Positions 12,272 through 26,089 are shown, numbered from the stretch's first letter. The stretch is 64,000 bases of DNA from Octopus vulgaris (GCA_951406725.2 OX597832.1:48422001-48486000); one strand, 5' to 3'. Notes: a model not told the origin generated them from the letters alone. Made by a program: numbers and translations.

Positions 12272-12480
12272 AAGATGGCGAGCTGGCAGAGTCGTTAGCA
12301 CTCCGGGTAAAATGCTTAGCAGTATTTCGTCTGTTGTTACGTTCTGTGTTCAAATACCGACGAGATCGACTTTGCCTTTCATCCTTTCGGGGTCGATAAA
12401 TTAAGTACCAGTTACGCAATGGGATTGATGTAATTGACTTAATACTTTCTCCCAAATTTCAGGTATTGTGCCTACAGTAT
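12272..12480 (+). mobile_element. SINE family A
   Basis: aagatggcgagctggcagag head through gcctttcatcctttcggggtcgataaattaagtacc. Confidence 0.8.
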
Positions 12481-12482
12481 TA

Positions 12483-12603
<121 letters not shown>

Positions 12604-12713
12604 CATTATTATTATTGTTGTTGTTGTTATTCTTCTTCTTCTTATTATTATTATTAGTGGTGGTGGTGGTGGTGGTGGTAGTGGTAGTAGTTGAAGAAGA
12701 AGAAGAAGAAGAG

Positions 12714-12806
<93 letters not shown>

Positions 12807-13711
12807 GAAGAAGAAGAAGAAGAGGTTATTCTAAGATTGAAAACTGATTAACTTCTTCAAAAGTGAAGAAAGAAAAAGAAACTGCAAAAAGAATCCACGA
12901 ACGAAAAAATTGATATTTTGCCGAGAGAAAGAAAGAAAGAAAGAAAGAAAGAAGAAAAGACGTAAAAGAAAAAATTATTTTATGATTAGCGTGAAAAATA
13001 AAATTTGTAGAATCAAAGTACAGAAAAAAAAGCAAAAAAAAAAAAAACAACAACACAAAACAACACAAAAAATCCCCCACTTCCATCATAACAGCAATGA
13101 TAACGACAACGGTAATGAAGTCGAGTGAAAACAGCAACAACAACAACAGCAACAACAAGAGTAAGAACGTCAAGAATTAAGCATGGATTTATGGGGAAAA
13201 GTGCAAATTGTATGGAAATGGTAATTAAAGATTTATATTTAAACTGAGAAAGCAATCACGTTCACACTCAAGCAAACACATGCGCAAATGCGTATATATA
13301 TATATTTATATTTATTACATGTATTCATATTTTCCCCTGTGAATGTTTAATAAGCATGCACTTTACGGAAAAGTTTTGAGTAATCTTTCAGTTAAAGGTT
13401 AAATTCTTTTTAAATATAGCGTAAACTCCAGTGAATTTACTATTAGCTGCTTTCTATACCCGAGCCGATGAACCTCGGCTAAACTCGCCGTTGGCTGCGA
13501 GTGCACATTATTGATAAGGCTCAAGAAGGCGGAAATACATCTGGCGTTAACACTAGCCGCTTCTGGCACGATTTATACATCGATAGATTTGTGTTTTTAA
13601 ACGCAGCCCGTCCATAAAAAGATTCTTTTTTTTTTATCACAGACAGAATTTTTTTCTTTTTTTTCTGTCGGTCAAAAACCGCAATAACTAACAACGATGT
13701 TCATACATTAA

Positions 13712-13781
<70 letters not shown>

Positions 13782-14186
13782 GGTTAAGTAATTGAGATTC
13801 TAGTGAATTCTAAAGAATTCACATGAATATGGTCCTTAACTAGGATGCACCGGAAATCTATATGGTGTTAACCATACGACAAGTGGAGTGATTACAAATA
13901 GGAAAAAAGCAACAAGAATGGATTAAAATCTCGGTACGATCGTTTCGTACGAGGACATCTTTAATAAGCTACAAAAAATGCAGTGAATACAGATGGCTCG
14001 TATTTATATATGTATGTGTGTGTGTGTGTATGCAGGTGTGGTAAGAAGATTGATTGCCAACCACTATGGTTCCGGGTTCAGTCCCATTGCAAGGCATCTT
14101 GGGGGTCTTCTACTGTAGCCTTAGTTTATATATAGTTGAAATTTACAGAAAAACAAAATACGAAGACAGGTGTATGAACAACAAGC

Positions 14187-14538
14187 AGGTCGTAGGATTG
14201 CAGTTTCGATTCCCAGACCGGGCGTTGTGAGTGTTTATTGAACGAAAACACCTAAAAGCTCCACGAGGCTCCGACAGCGAGTGGTGGTGAACCTTGCTGT
14301 ACTCTTTCACCACAACTTTCTCTCACTCTTTCTTCCTGTCTCTGTTGTACCTGTATTTCAAAGGGCTAGCCTTGTCACACTCTGTGTCACGCTGAATCTC
14401 CCCCGAGAACTACGTTAAAGGTACACGATTCTATGGAGTGCTCAGCCACTTGCACGTTAATTTTACGAGCAGGCTGTTCCGCTGATCGGATCAACTGAAA
14501 CCCTGGAACCCTTGTCATCATAACCGACGGAGTGCCAT
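14187..14538 (+). mobile_element. SINE family D (tRNA-derived head, 5' end clipped)
   Basis: gtttcgattcccagaccgggcgttgtg...aaagctccacgaggctccg shared with 63212-63360. Confidence 0.7.
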
Positions 14539-15169
14539 GATTCTAAATCATACTATAAAACACAACACTGCACTACTGTATTGCACCTTCCGCTACTATA
14601 GACTATAAACTGCATTGCTTACACTATGCATCACCTGTTGCATTCATCTATGTTACGCTGCATTACAACAACTGCACTAGATTACACTGCAATATGCTAG
14701 ACTTCCCTATACTAGGATACTCTAGCCCTCGACTACGTTGCTCTCTGTTACATTACATTGAATTAAACTTTACCTTACACGTGAGTCCAACTCTATATTA
14801 TTGCGCTAAAATACACACATACACACACACGCACACACTTACATACACATATACATATACACGTACATATATACTCATAGATAAAATAAAATAAAATAAA
14901 ATAAAAATGAGAAGGAAAATATATATACTCATAGATAAAAGAAAATAACAAAATAAAATAAAAATGAGAAGGAAAATAAAAAAAAGAACTAGCATACCTT
15001 TGAAGCCACTGAAATATTAATTTTTAATCGATATTGGAGGGATGAAAAAAAAAATATTGCGAAGTAAAGCAAATCCAAGTTAGAAGAGAACAAAAAGCGT
15101 TAAAAAAAATTGAAGGCAAAAAAAATGTCAGATCATCATCATCATCACCATCATCATCACCATCATCAC

Positions 15170-15212
<43 letters not shown>

Positions 15213-16794
15213 GTCATCGTCGTCACCATCGTCACCACCACCACCACCACCAACTCCGCCGCGGTCGCCGCCGCCACCGCCACCACCACTCGTAGTTCTT
15301 GTTTGTTTGTTTTTTGTTTTTTTTTATAACGTTTGCACAGTTTTGTTGTGCTTGTTTTTGTTGTGGTACTTGTTCAATGAAGTGAATTTTGTGTGCTTTT
15401 GTTGTCGATGGAATTGTATATGTATACAGTCGTCGTCGTCGTCGTCGCTGTTGTTGTGCTTTTGTTTATATTTTTGTTGTTTGTGTTGTTGTTGTTGTTG
15501 CTCATGTTCTTGTATACGTTAGTAAAGTGAAGTGTTACTTGTTCGTTCCACCGTCCGTGCTATTCCAAACTTACTTTGAAGCCATGAAAACACTAGAATC
15601 CACTCTAAAAAACACTTTCCACTATATCACATTACCATATACCATTATAACACTTGTATATTATTACACTGTAGCTTAGTTAAAGGGGGCGGCAATGGTG
15701 GCGATCCGCCCCGGGTTACGCTTTTATGGGGACGGTACTTTTTGGTTAGCTGTTAAAGCTTTATAGAGGCGGGGACAGATGAAGGTACCAGCAACTTCAA
15801 GGGCTATCCGGACGGCACACGCACTACGCAGCTGTTGTAAAACAGGGCACTACATTCTGTAATACATTTGTAGACTATATGGTTATATTCGCATATACCT
15901 ACATACCATAACACTAATATAATTCTAATTTTGACACAAGATTAGCAGTCTTGAGCGAAGGGGTCAAATTGATTACATTGACCTCATTACTGTATTTTGT
16001 CGATCCTGAGAAGATGAAAGGCAAAGTCGATTTCGTTGTGTTAGTGTGTCCCCTGCCACTGCTTGACAACCGGTGTTGATGTATTTACGTCTCTGTGATT
16101 TAGCGGTTCGGCAAAAGGGATGGTTAGAATAGGTACCAGACTTTAAAAATCATAAGTACTGAGATCAATTATTCGGCTAAAAATTCTTCAAGGTATGATA
16201 ACATTGTTGCTCTCTGAAAGGTACAAACAGAGATGCAACGGAAACCCACCTGTAATTGGCTTACAAGATAGTAACATCCTAACAGATCTGTTCAGCTCTA
16301 CAGATAAACTCGTGAAACGAAAAATCTGTATAATCAAATATCGAAAATCTGTATAATCAAATATCGAAAATATAGAGGTTGGTTTTGTCAAGCTTAGCAA
16401 ATTTTGTTGGGTATTTCATTGTGTTCGGCATCGTCAATAAAACTTATCGTTTAACAGAACTGACGGTCCCACTAAAACTTATTATATGATTCTGATATGT
16501 GTCATAGCATCTTGAGAAACCGTACTCTAAGCATCAAGAGCAAGATCCTTATATTAGACTGCTATGTGTAACCTCGTAAGAAATACTCTGAGCAACAGCA
16601 CGAACAGATCTTAATAACGCATACTTAGAATTAGAAAATTAACTAACCCCCATCACTGAATATAACCCCAATTCTAGAAATATACGAAAGCAACATTACT
16701 TGTACCTCCATACATGGAAATGAGGCATGGGGTATAACACCAGAAATGAGGAGGTACTTGGAGAGATGTGAAATTTAGTTCTTAAGGAGAATAT

Positions 16795-17490
16795 TTATTT
16801 GCTTATTGCCCACAAGGGGCTAAAAATAGGGAGGACAAACAAGAACAGACAAAGGGACTAAGCCGATTATATCGACCCCTGTGCGTAACTGGTACTTATT
16901 TAATCGCCCCCGAAAAGATGAAAGGCAAAGTCGACCTCGGCGGAATTTGAACTCAGAACGTAGCGGCAGACAAAACACCGATTTCTTTACTACCCACAAG
17001 GGGCTAAACACAGAGAGGACAAATAAGGAGAGACAAACGGAATAAGTCGATTATATCGACCCCAATGCGTAACTGGTACTTATCTAATCGACTCCGAAAG
17101 GATGAAAGGCAAAGTCCCGTCTATGTTTAGCCCCTTGTGGACAGTAAAGAAATAAGAGAGCAATGGACTGGCAACACGCGTATTGTGATTGGTAGGTAAT
17201 TGCAGCACGTCCCATGATGTGAGAAGAGGACATCGCTTACGAACGATGTCTGTCCTTGTTTGTCCCCTCTGTGTGTAGCCCCTTGTGGGTAGTAAAGAAA
17301 TAGGCATTTTGTCTGCCGCTACGTTCTGAGTTCAAATTCCGCCGAGGTCGACTTAGCCTTTCATCCTTTCGGGGTCGATTAAATAAGTACCAGTTACGCA
17401 CTGGTGTCAATGTAATCGACTTAATCTGTTTGTCTGTCCTTGTTTGTCCCCTCTATGTTTAGCCCCTTGTGTGCAGTGAAAAAATAAGAA
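16795..17490. mobile_element. SINE family A cluster with opposed orientations
   Basis: Minus-strand tandem 16795-17116, plus-strand pieces 17117-17155 and 17248-17490; flank tggactggcaacacgcg duplicated at ~17164 and ~17496. Confidence 0.8.
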
Positions 17491-17581
17491 AGTACTGGAC
17501 TGGCAACACGCGTATTATGAATGGCAGGAAATTGCTGATGTGAGAGGAGGACATCGCTTTCGAGCGAAAGTTGCTCTAAAA

Positions 17582-17860
17582 CAGTGGTTCCCAAACATTT
17601 TCGAGTTGCCGTCCCCTTGACACCTAGGCGCCATTTCTAGAACCACGCCCCAACTAACCATTACAAACATAGACCTCTTTCTGAAGCAAATTCAAAGCAA
17701 CTCTATTTCACAAATAAAACTTAATCTAATGAACCCATTAGATTATTTTGTTGTTTTTACATAAATCGGTACCCCATTATCTCCCCACTTTTCTTCAACG
17801 CCCCTTTGGAAATTTCCACCGCTTCCAGGGGGGCAACACTGGTTACTTTGTAAACCACTA
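17582..17860. mobile_element. hAT (Charlie-like) MITE relic
   Basis: Left end CAGTGGTTCCCAAAC; degenerate right end ttgtaaaccacta; partial 8-bp TSD ctctaaaa/cactggaa. Confidence 0.5.
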
Positions 17861-18201
17861 CACTGGAAGCTGGAAATAACTATCGAATCTTCTTTCACGC
17901 CCAAATAAAGCAATGAAAATTTATTCCGAGGCATCTCGCTTAAGAAAATTCCGAAGTTGCTTCAGTTATTCCACACATCAATATAAGGAACTTTCGTCTT
18001 CGACTGGCTAACAGGAATCTATGAATAACGTCGATGCTTCGTTCAATTCACCAAATAAATTTATTTCATGCTTCAGAGAGCAACAGAAAAGTAATCCTAT
18101 TTAACCTGGAGCAACCTTCGCAAAACTAGTTAATAACCTTGGATCAACTAACAGAAGCAAAACAACTTCCTCTAATTAACTGTTCCTTATAGCCAAGTTA
18201 A

Positions 18202-18254
18202 ACTAATAATAATAAGGATAGTAATAATAATAAATAATAATAATAATAATAATA

Positions 18255-18289
<35 letters not shown>

Positions 18290-18290
18290 C

Positions 18291-18334
<44 letters not shown>

Positions 18335-18368
18335 CTTAATAATAATAACAATAATAATAATAATAATC

Positions 18369-18403
<35 letters not shown>

Positions 18404-18468
18404 CTTAATAATAATAATAATAATAATAATCATAAATAATAATAATAATGATAATAATCATAAATAAT

Positions 18469-18503
<35 letters not shown>

Positions 18504-18567
18504 CAACAACAATAATAATAATAATAATAATAACAACAATAATAATAATAATAACAACAACAACAAC

Positions 18568-18630
<63 letters not shown>
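18202..18630. repeat. Long (AAT)n microsatellite
   Basis: Directly visible. Confidence 0.95.
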
Positions 18631-18631
<1 letters not shown>

Positions 18632-18865
18632 GTAGGTGCATTAGGCATGATAAAAAATATTCAGACAAATGCATAACAAAAACACCAGGACTTACAAACA
18701 CATGTAACATACAGAAAATTGCACTACTAGGCACTGCACACATCCTACGCAGAACAGTTTCCATACAATAACCATCAGAGCATCACAACAAATCACAGCA
18801 CATACCCAAGGCACACAGAGCTGCGCTCGGTAGTGAAGTGAAAGCACGCTATAAAAATAAAACTA

Positions 18866-18868
<3 letters not shown>
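18631..18868 (+). mobile_element. Dong/R4-type LINE 3' end, in (AAT)n
   Basis: Encodes (with a frameshift) VGALGMIK..KYSDKCITKTPGLTNTCNIQKIALLGTAHILRRTVSIQ* plus 3' UTR; near-identical copy at 59437-59655. Confidence 0.85.
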
Positions 18869-18918
<50 letters not shown>

Positions 18919-19269
18919 TAATAATAATAATAATAATAATCATGGTGGTGATGATGATGATGATTAAGGTGCTGGGCGAAAACAAAATTAATATTCTCAT
19001 CTTAATATTGGCAAGACATTTTGATTTTACTGCTTTCAGGAATAAACTTGATATTTCTAAATCAATTTTCACTGATTAATTTCTACCGATGTGTGGTAAT
19101 TTGACTTTTTTTTTTTTTTTGCCTCTAGCAATCGCAACAAATTAGAAACAGCTTCAATTCAGTCCTGATATAAAGAAATCCTCATTCAACGCCACGAGGT
19201 GAACCATCCACCTTGCACTACCAGGCAATTCACGTTTATTGATATTCTTACCTTATTGAAAAAGATGCG

Positions 19270-19352
<83 letters not shown>

Positions 19353-19380
19353 ACTATCTATCTATTTGTCTGTCTGTCTA

Positions 19381-19433
<53 letters not shown>

Positions 19434-19480
19434 TTCTCCTCACTCACCCACTAACTCATTTCCTCCCTAGATATGTATGC

Positions 19481-19516
<36 letters not shown>

Positions 19517-19775
19517 ACGTGTGAGTGTGAGTATTTACCTATGTGTGTATGTAAAAATTTAAAATTTAAATAATCAGGGAGATAAATTGAATATATGTGT
19601 GTATGTGTGTATGTATATATTATCCCGACCAAGACAGCCATCTTTATTCAATTTTGAAATATATAATACTGTACCAAGAACTTTCTTTTTATTATTCTGC
19701 TATATATATATATATATATATGCACTTATATATCTGTATGTATGTATGTATGTATGTATGTATGTATGTATGTAT

Positions 19776-20354
19776 CACCTTGATCACCTTGACCGACCAG
19801 TCCGTCAGGCGTCCATTTGACACCGCTGGTCACAGCACACTGTCCACTCCTCTCTGGATCGCGCCTTTCTCATTCACGTGAACCCAATCGACCTCCTGAA
19901 AACGTAACTCCACCGTCGTGGAGGCCTTCCGGGTGGTCGTTTCCGCTCGCGCGGGTACCACTCAACAACTGCGGGGTCCACCGATTATCGGTGAGCCTGG
20001 CGACGTGTCCAGCCCATCTAAACTTGCTGCGTGTATACTCTTTGATGACATCTCTCACGCCGGACTTCTTTCTGATGATCTTGTTACTTATGTGCTCTCT
20101 CAACGAGATACCAAGCATTGACCTTTCCATGGCTCTTTGAGTTGTTACAAGTCTCTGCTCTTCTCTCTTTGTGGTAGCCCATGTTTCACTACCATATAAC
20201 ATTGCAGGTAGAACTGTACTGTTGATGAGATTGGCGCGGGTGGTCCTGTCCAACCTTCCCTTGAGCACATCCCTTATGCCATTGAACGCCTTCCATCCGG
20301 CCCTTACTCTCCGTGAGATCTCTTTTTCGATATCTCGGCACATATTCACTTCCA

Positions 20355-20355
<1 letters not shown>
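19776..20355 (-). mobile_element. RTE-clade LINE, 5'-truncated (C-terminal ORF region and 3' UTR)
   Basis: ORF 19870-20349: NSTVLPAMLYGSETW..QRAMERSMLGIS..RWAGHVARLTDNRWT, frameshifting into a GRPP.RW motif; (TACA)n tail. Confidence 0.9.
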
Positions 20356-20415
<60 letters not shown>

Positions 20416-20505
20416 ATCAATGTAGGGTAGCAAAAAATTCAATAGAAATTTTTTCGCCACCAGCGGTCTAGTGAGAAAGAGAAAATAGTCAGAGACTATA
20501 TATAA

Positions 20506-20765
20506 ATTCAACAACAATTGAGGAACGGCTTCGATAGGCCATTCAACCCACTAGAAAGATCAGCCAGGACTCAAACCGCCAAGTAGTAGTAATTCAGAAA
20601 TTAAAGGAAAATTAAAAAAACATTTACCCATTTCATCTTTAGACAAATAGGGTAAATGTTTTTTAATTTTCCTTTAATTTCTGAATAACTACTACTTGGC
20701 GGTTTGAGTCCTGGCTGCTCTTTCTAGGGGTTGAATGGCCTATCGAAGCCGTTCCTCAATTGTTG

Positions 20766-20771
<6 letters not shown>
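20506..20771. repeat. ~265-bp near-perfect palindrome between (TA)n tracts
   Basis: attcaacaacaattgaggaacggcttcgataggccattcaaccc ... gggttgaatggcctatcgaagccgttcctcaattgttgttgaat. Confidence 0.9.
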
Positions 20772-20852
<81 letters not shown>

Positions 20853-21805
20853 TGTATGTATGTATGTATATATATATCTGTGTGTGTGTTTGTGGAGAGA
20901 GACAAAACGAGAAGTGGGAGGTGAAAGTCAGACAGACAGATAGACAGATAACGAGACAGTCTGTTATATCAGTCTTGCAGGTCTTCACACGCAAAAACGT
21001 TCATCAAAGTAGCCCGTCCTTTCAATCAAAATTGGTCCAAATTAAACTACGCAAACCATTTCAAAGACCCCGGCATAGAGTTGAAACTTTTTAAAGACGC
21101 ACAGACTCATACACACACAGACACAGACGCACTCAGACACATACACACACACACACACACCATATATAGACGATAAGAAAATGGAGGAAAAACAACAAGT
21201 AAAGTCTGTCCGTGGTGCTAAAAAGCCATTGTTTAATTAATTAAGCAAGGTGAGGGTGATAGTGAGTTAACAGCTGTTTCTGTGTGCCATAGTTGAAGTA
21301 AATATGTATTTACCTCGTTGTAAATAGTAGACGTCATCAGAACGAAGAAGGCAGAGATAGACAAAGCGGGGAATAGAGCGAAAGATAGAGGGCGAAATCG
21401 GATAAGATAAAATGTCCAATCATTCGAAAGTCTTACATTTTAGTTGAGTTCAAAGTTCATTGAATCTATTGTGAGGTAGTTGAAGAATAGAGGATGGTTG
21501 AATCCGAAGTCTTATAGTTAGTTGTTAGCATGACTTCCACGTGTCGGCCTGTTTAGCTAGTTGACAACCGGTGTGATCTGAGGGAGTTATCCCTAATTAA
21601 GGATATCCGGTGTGGTTAATAGAAGCTATGTGGGTAGTTCGTATATTTGCAGAGGCAGCCATACATGAGGGTTAAATTTATATCGAGCAGGAGTGCAATG
21701 AAGCGTGTAAAGACAAAGTGACGGAATAATATTTATGCTTTAGGAGTGCAATGAAAAGGTAAAGAAAAAGATAGCGGATGAAATTTAACGTGTAAAAGAG
21801 TTGGG

Positions 21806-22237
21806 GACAGACGAAATACCCATTTCTTTACTACTCACAAGGAGATAAACACAGAGAGGACAAACAATGACAGACAAACGGATTAAGTCGATTATATCGA
21901 CCCCAGTGCGTAACAGATACTTATATAATCGACCCCGAAAAGGATGTAAGGCAAAGTCGACCTTGGCGGAATTTGAACACAGAATGTAATGGCAGACGAA
22001 ATACCTATTTCTTTATTACCCACAAGGGGCTAAACACAGAGCGGACAAACAAGGACAAACATAGGTATTAAGTCGATTACATCGACCCCAGTGCGTAACT
22101 GGTACTTAATTTATCGACCCCGAAAGGATGAAAGGCAAAGTCGACCTCGGCGGAATTTGAACTCACAACGTAACGCAGACGAAATACCGCTAAGCATTTC
22201 ACCCGGCGTGCTAACGATTCTTCCAGTTCGCCGCCTT
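21806..22237 (-). mobile_element. SINE family A concatemer (head plus two units and a stub)
   Basis: Junctions gacgaaatacc-(c/t)atttcttta at ~21820 and ~22005. Confidence 0.88.
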
Positions 22238-22247
22238 AAATTTCCTA

Positions 22248-22279
<32 letters not shown>

Positions 22280-22659
22280 TGCTTTCAAATTATGGTAAAC
22301 GGCCAGTAGTTTTGGGGTCGGGGTAAGTCGATTACATCGACCCCAATGTTCGAATTATCCTTATTTTATGGGAAAGATGAAAAGCAAAGTCGAAGTGCCA
22401 TCACTATCACCGCCAGCAGTAGCAGCACCGGTTGCAGCAGCAGCAGTAGCAGCACCGGTTGCAGCAGCACTATTTGCAGCAACAGCATTTCCACCACCAC
22501 CACCACCACCACCACCATTGCCGCCGCCGTTTCCGCTATCACCACCACCACCGACGTCGCCGCCACCACCACCGCCATCACCACCTCCGCTACCACCTCC
22601 ATCAATGCCGCCAATGCCACCACCACCACCACCACCACCATGTATATATATATATATTT

Positions 22660-22882
22660 ATGTGTGTGTGTGTCTGTGTTTGTTCCCCTAGCATTGCTTG
22701 ACAACCGATGCTGGTGTGCTTATGTCCCCGTCACTTAGCGGTTCGGCAAAAGAGACAGATAGAATAAGTACTGGGCTTACAAAGAATAAGTCCCGGGGTC
22801 GAGTTGCTCGACTAAAGGCGGTGCTCCAGCATGGCCGCAGTCAACTGACTGAAACAAGTAAAAGACTAAAGAGTAAAAGAGT
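22660..22882 (+). mobile_element. SINE family B 3' half
   Basis: cattgcttgacaaccgatgctgg ... gaaacaagtaaaagactaaagagtaaaagag. Confidence 0.85.
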
Positions 22883-23954
22883 AAGCATTTTGCCTTTTGC
22901 CCGGCGTGGTAACGATTCTGCCAGATCACCGTCTTGAAAGTAGAAAACATATTGAGATTCAGAAATCTGAGGTTCAAATATTTAGATATTGAAATTCTAA
23001 TATTCTAACAACACGCTTCCTTTTTTTTTTTTTTTTTTTTTTTACAGTTTTGGATAGCTTGAGAAGTTTTAATGATATTACGTCAGAGAAATTGAATACA
23101 AAACTATCAACTGCACATGAAACTAACTGCTTATTAACTTCGTGTGAATGAGTTTTTGATACAAACAATTGGCCTTAAAACAGACAGCTGTCTTTAGAAT
23201 CAAATTTCAGAATTTTCAAATGTAATTTAACGTTAAACCTTTTTTTATAAAAAAAAATTATATTTCTTTTTTACAAGAAATCAGAGGGAAAGAGAAAAAA
23301 AAATCTTAATAATATGAGACTTTATTTAAATTGAAGAAAAAAAACTATGAAATAAATAAATAAATATTTTATTTTGTTCAAATAAATGAGCTGATTTATT
23401 ATGTTTTATTTTATTTTATTTAAAATTTTCGTTATTGCTTTTTTTTTTTTTTTTTTCAGTTTTTACTGTATTTCGAAACTGGTAAAGAATTTATTTAATG
23501 GCAACCGGTTTTTAGTCATTTTTTTTTTGTAGCTGAAATTATAAAAAAAAAATAATATATTGAAAAAAAGGAAAAAAAGCATTTTTTTTTTTATTGTAAT
23601 GAAAGTTATAACTGGATTGCAGCAAAGAAGAAAATATTTAGAACAGAATATGGTATTAACAACTAGAGCAAAATTTGAATCAGAAAAATAATGAGGTAAT
23701 TTGTCTTTCCTTTCCATTTTGCCTCTCTTTTTTTTTTCGGTCTCTGTGAATTACTTCTCAATGTTCTATGTGTTCGAAGATCTGGATTTCGTATTGGGAA
23801 TATCAAAATTCAAACCGAAAATATTTAAATATATGGTAAAGGAAAGAAGGAAAGAAGTTATTCTCTCTCACTATATATATATATATGTGTATATGTGTGT
23901 GTGTTTGTGTGTGTGTTTGTATATATATGTATGTATATATATATATATGTATAT

Positions 23955-24004
<50 letters not shown>

Positions 24005-24015
24005 CATACATATAT

Positions 24016-24121
<106 letters not shown>

Positions 24122-24667
24122 TATATATTCATATATATGTTTGCGTGTGTGTGTGTGTGTGCACACCCATACATGTATATATATGTCAATATATATATAT
24201 AATATATATATACATATATACATAAATATATAGAGTGAGAGAGAGAAAGAGAGAAGGAGAGAGAGTGAAAGAGATAGTGAGCAAGAGGGGTTAACGTTCT
24301 GAATAAATTAAAAAAAAAAAAATTCTTTTATCTTATTTAATCGTTTCGATTTGAATATCAACATTTCCAATTCAAAGACCAAGATTTTAGAAAACAATAA
24401 ACGCCTGCATGCACGTATGTATAATTACTTAAATTTTCCCTTTGAAGCTGGAGCTGGTTTTTTTAACAAAGATACAAAGCTCCATCGCTGGAATGTAGGT
24501 AACGAAAACAATGTCATATTTTAAACCTGAGAAAAATCTTGCATAACTTTACCGTTCCGCTTACAGATTTTATTTGTAATGTCCGAGTCAGCTGATTACT
24601 TTTTCTGAAAATGCAAGCTTATCCAGACTGACAGTTAGCTCCCAACTTTGGAATTCAAAGCTATACC

Positions 24668-24900
24668 TATTTCTTTATTACCCACAAGGGGCTAAACACA
24701 GAGGGGACAAACAAGGACAGACATAGGTATTAAGTCGATTACATAGACCCCAGTGCGTAACTGGTACTTATTTAATCGACCCCGAAAGGATGAAAGGCAA
24801 AGTCGACCGCGGCGGAATTCGAACTCACAACGTAACGGCAGACGAAATACGGCTACGCATTTCGCCCGGCGTGCTAACGTTTCTGCCAGCTCGCCGCCTT
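24668..24900 (-). mobile_element. SINE family A, full length (3' part of the 5S-SINE chimera)
   Basis: Complete consensus; left TSD copy gaattcaaagctatacc at 24651-24667. Confidence 0.92.
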
Positions 24901-24914
24901 AAAGAGAGAAAGAC

Positions 24915-25014
24915 GTTTACAGCACCTAGGTTTCCCAAGCGGTCACCCATCTAAGTCCTAACTAGGCTCGACTTTGCTTAACTTCGGTGTTTTCAAAGTG
25001 ATATGGCCGTAAAC
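24915..25014 (-). pseudogene. RNA5S: 5S rRNA-derived sequence with ~18-nt internal deletion
   Basis: Minus strand reads GTTTACGGCCATATCACTTTGAAAACACCGAAGTTAAGCAAAGTCGAGCCTAGTTAGGACTTAGATGGGTGACCGCTTGGGAAACCTAGGTGCTGTAAAC; terminal helix I (GTTTACGGC/GCTGTAAAC) and helix II (ACTTTG/CAAAGT) pair. Confidence 0.9.
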
Positions 25015-25446
25015 GAATTCAAAGCTATACCGTCCACCGAACTGAACAGCACTGCATACTACAAAAGACACCGTCCTCTTCATCTCAGATAAGGACCCAG
25101 TATTGCAACAGTTTAGGTTTCAGGGGACCACGGCTATTTAACATCCTGTTAAAGAACCTAAGAGTGTAGACGGAGAATCGTTCAAGAAGCATTTGGGCAA
25201 ATTTCTCTCTGAAATCCCAGATGAGTCCACATCACAGGAGGAGGCACAAAAAAGAGCAGCTTCGTCGAATTCGCTTCTTCACCAAAAAACAGTGCCGAAA
25301 GGAGACCCCAAAACACCGAAAGGTAGTGCTCCAGCATATAGCCCCAACCTCTGGCTGAAACCAGTAACAGAATAAAAGAATAAAAGAATATGTACATACT
25401 TACATATATAGGGTATGTTTTAACACCAGTCAAATTATGGAGAATA

Positions 25447-25620
25447 CTGTATTTTAACGGGTATAAGAAACCCTAATGTATAAGGAAGACTCTAAATTTT
25501 GGGGCTTAAAATTTGGAAAAAAGGTTTTGTAAGGGATTATAATGCTATCCATGTATAAGAAACTCTCATACTTTTTAACCTAATTTTTGATTTTAAAAAA
25601 TGGGTTCCTCATAAATATGG
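25447..25620. mobile_element. Degenerate Tc/pogo-type MITE
   Basis: TA-ctgtatttt ... aaatatgg-TA ends with internal gtataag repeats. Confidence 0.35.
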
Positions 25621-25748
25621 TATATTCTCTTACGCCTATAAGCGCAGCCTACCCACGAAGTAGCAAGTCGCAAACTTTGTGTATGCATATTGTATGTGCA
25701 TTCGATATAGTTTATATCCCTCGTGATGCTGCTAATTCATAGTTGAAA

Positions 25749-25825
<77 letters not shown>

Positions 25826-25899
25826 CGTGCTGTGTGTGTGTGGTATGTGTGTGTAAGATATATTTATATACATATAAACCAATTCCTCTAACAACCAGT

Positions 25900-26030
25900 C
25901 AGAACCTATCTGTGTTAACACCTCGAAATATTAATGCTGTGATTGAGGCCAAAGGTGGATCAAGTCTATATAATATGATAAAATTTCCATTTAACAAGGC
26001 GTTTCCTTTATATTGTCCAATACTTCCTGT

Positions 26031-26031
<1 letters not shown>
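25900..26031 (+). mobile_element. Tc1-like transposon right-end remnant
   Basis: Encodes [14 protein letters not shown], a Tc1 C-terminal motif; followed by ttgtccaata..ctg-TA end. Confidence 0.55.

Positions 26032-26089
<58 letters not shown>

Noticed and set aside
13925-13970. Hammerhead-like GAAACGATCGTA on the minus strand (also ~27090-27222)
   Set aside because: Core or stem II could not be formed convincingly.
21472-21481. TGAGGTAGT let-7-like start
   Set aside because: Only 9 nt match and no precursor hairpin.
24915-25014. Functional 5S rRNA gene
   Set aside because: Internal deletion, single copy, no T4 terminator, inside a TSD-bounded insertion.
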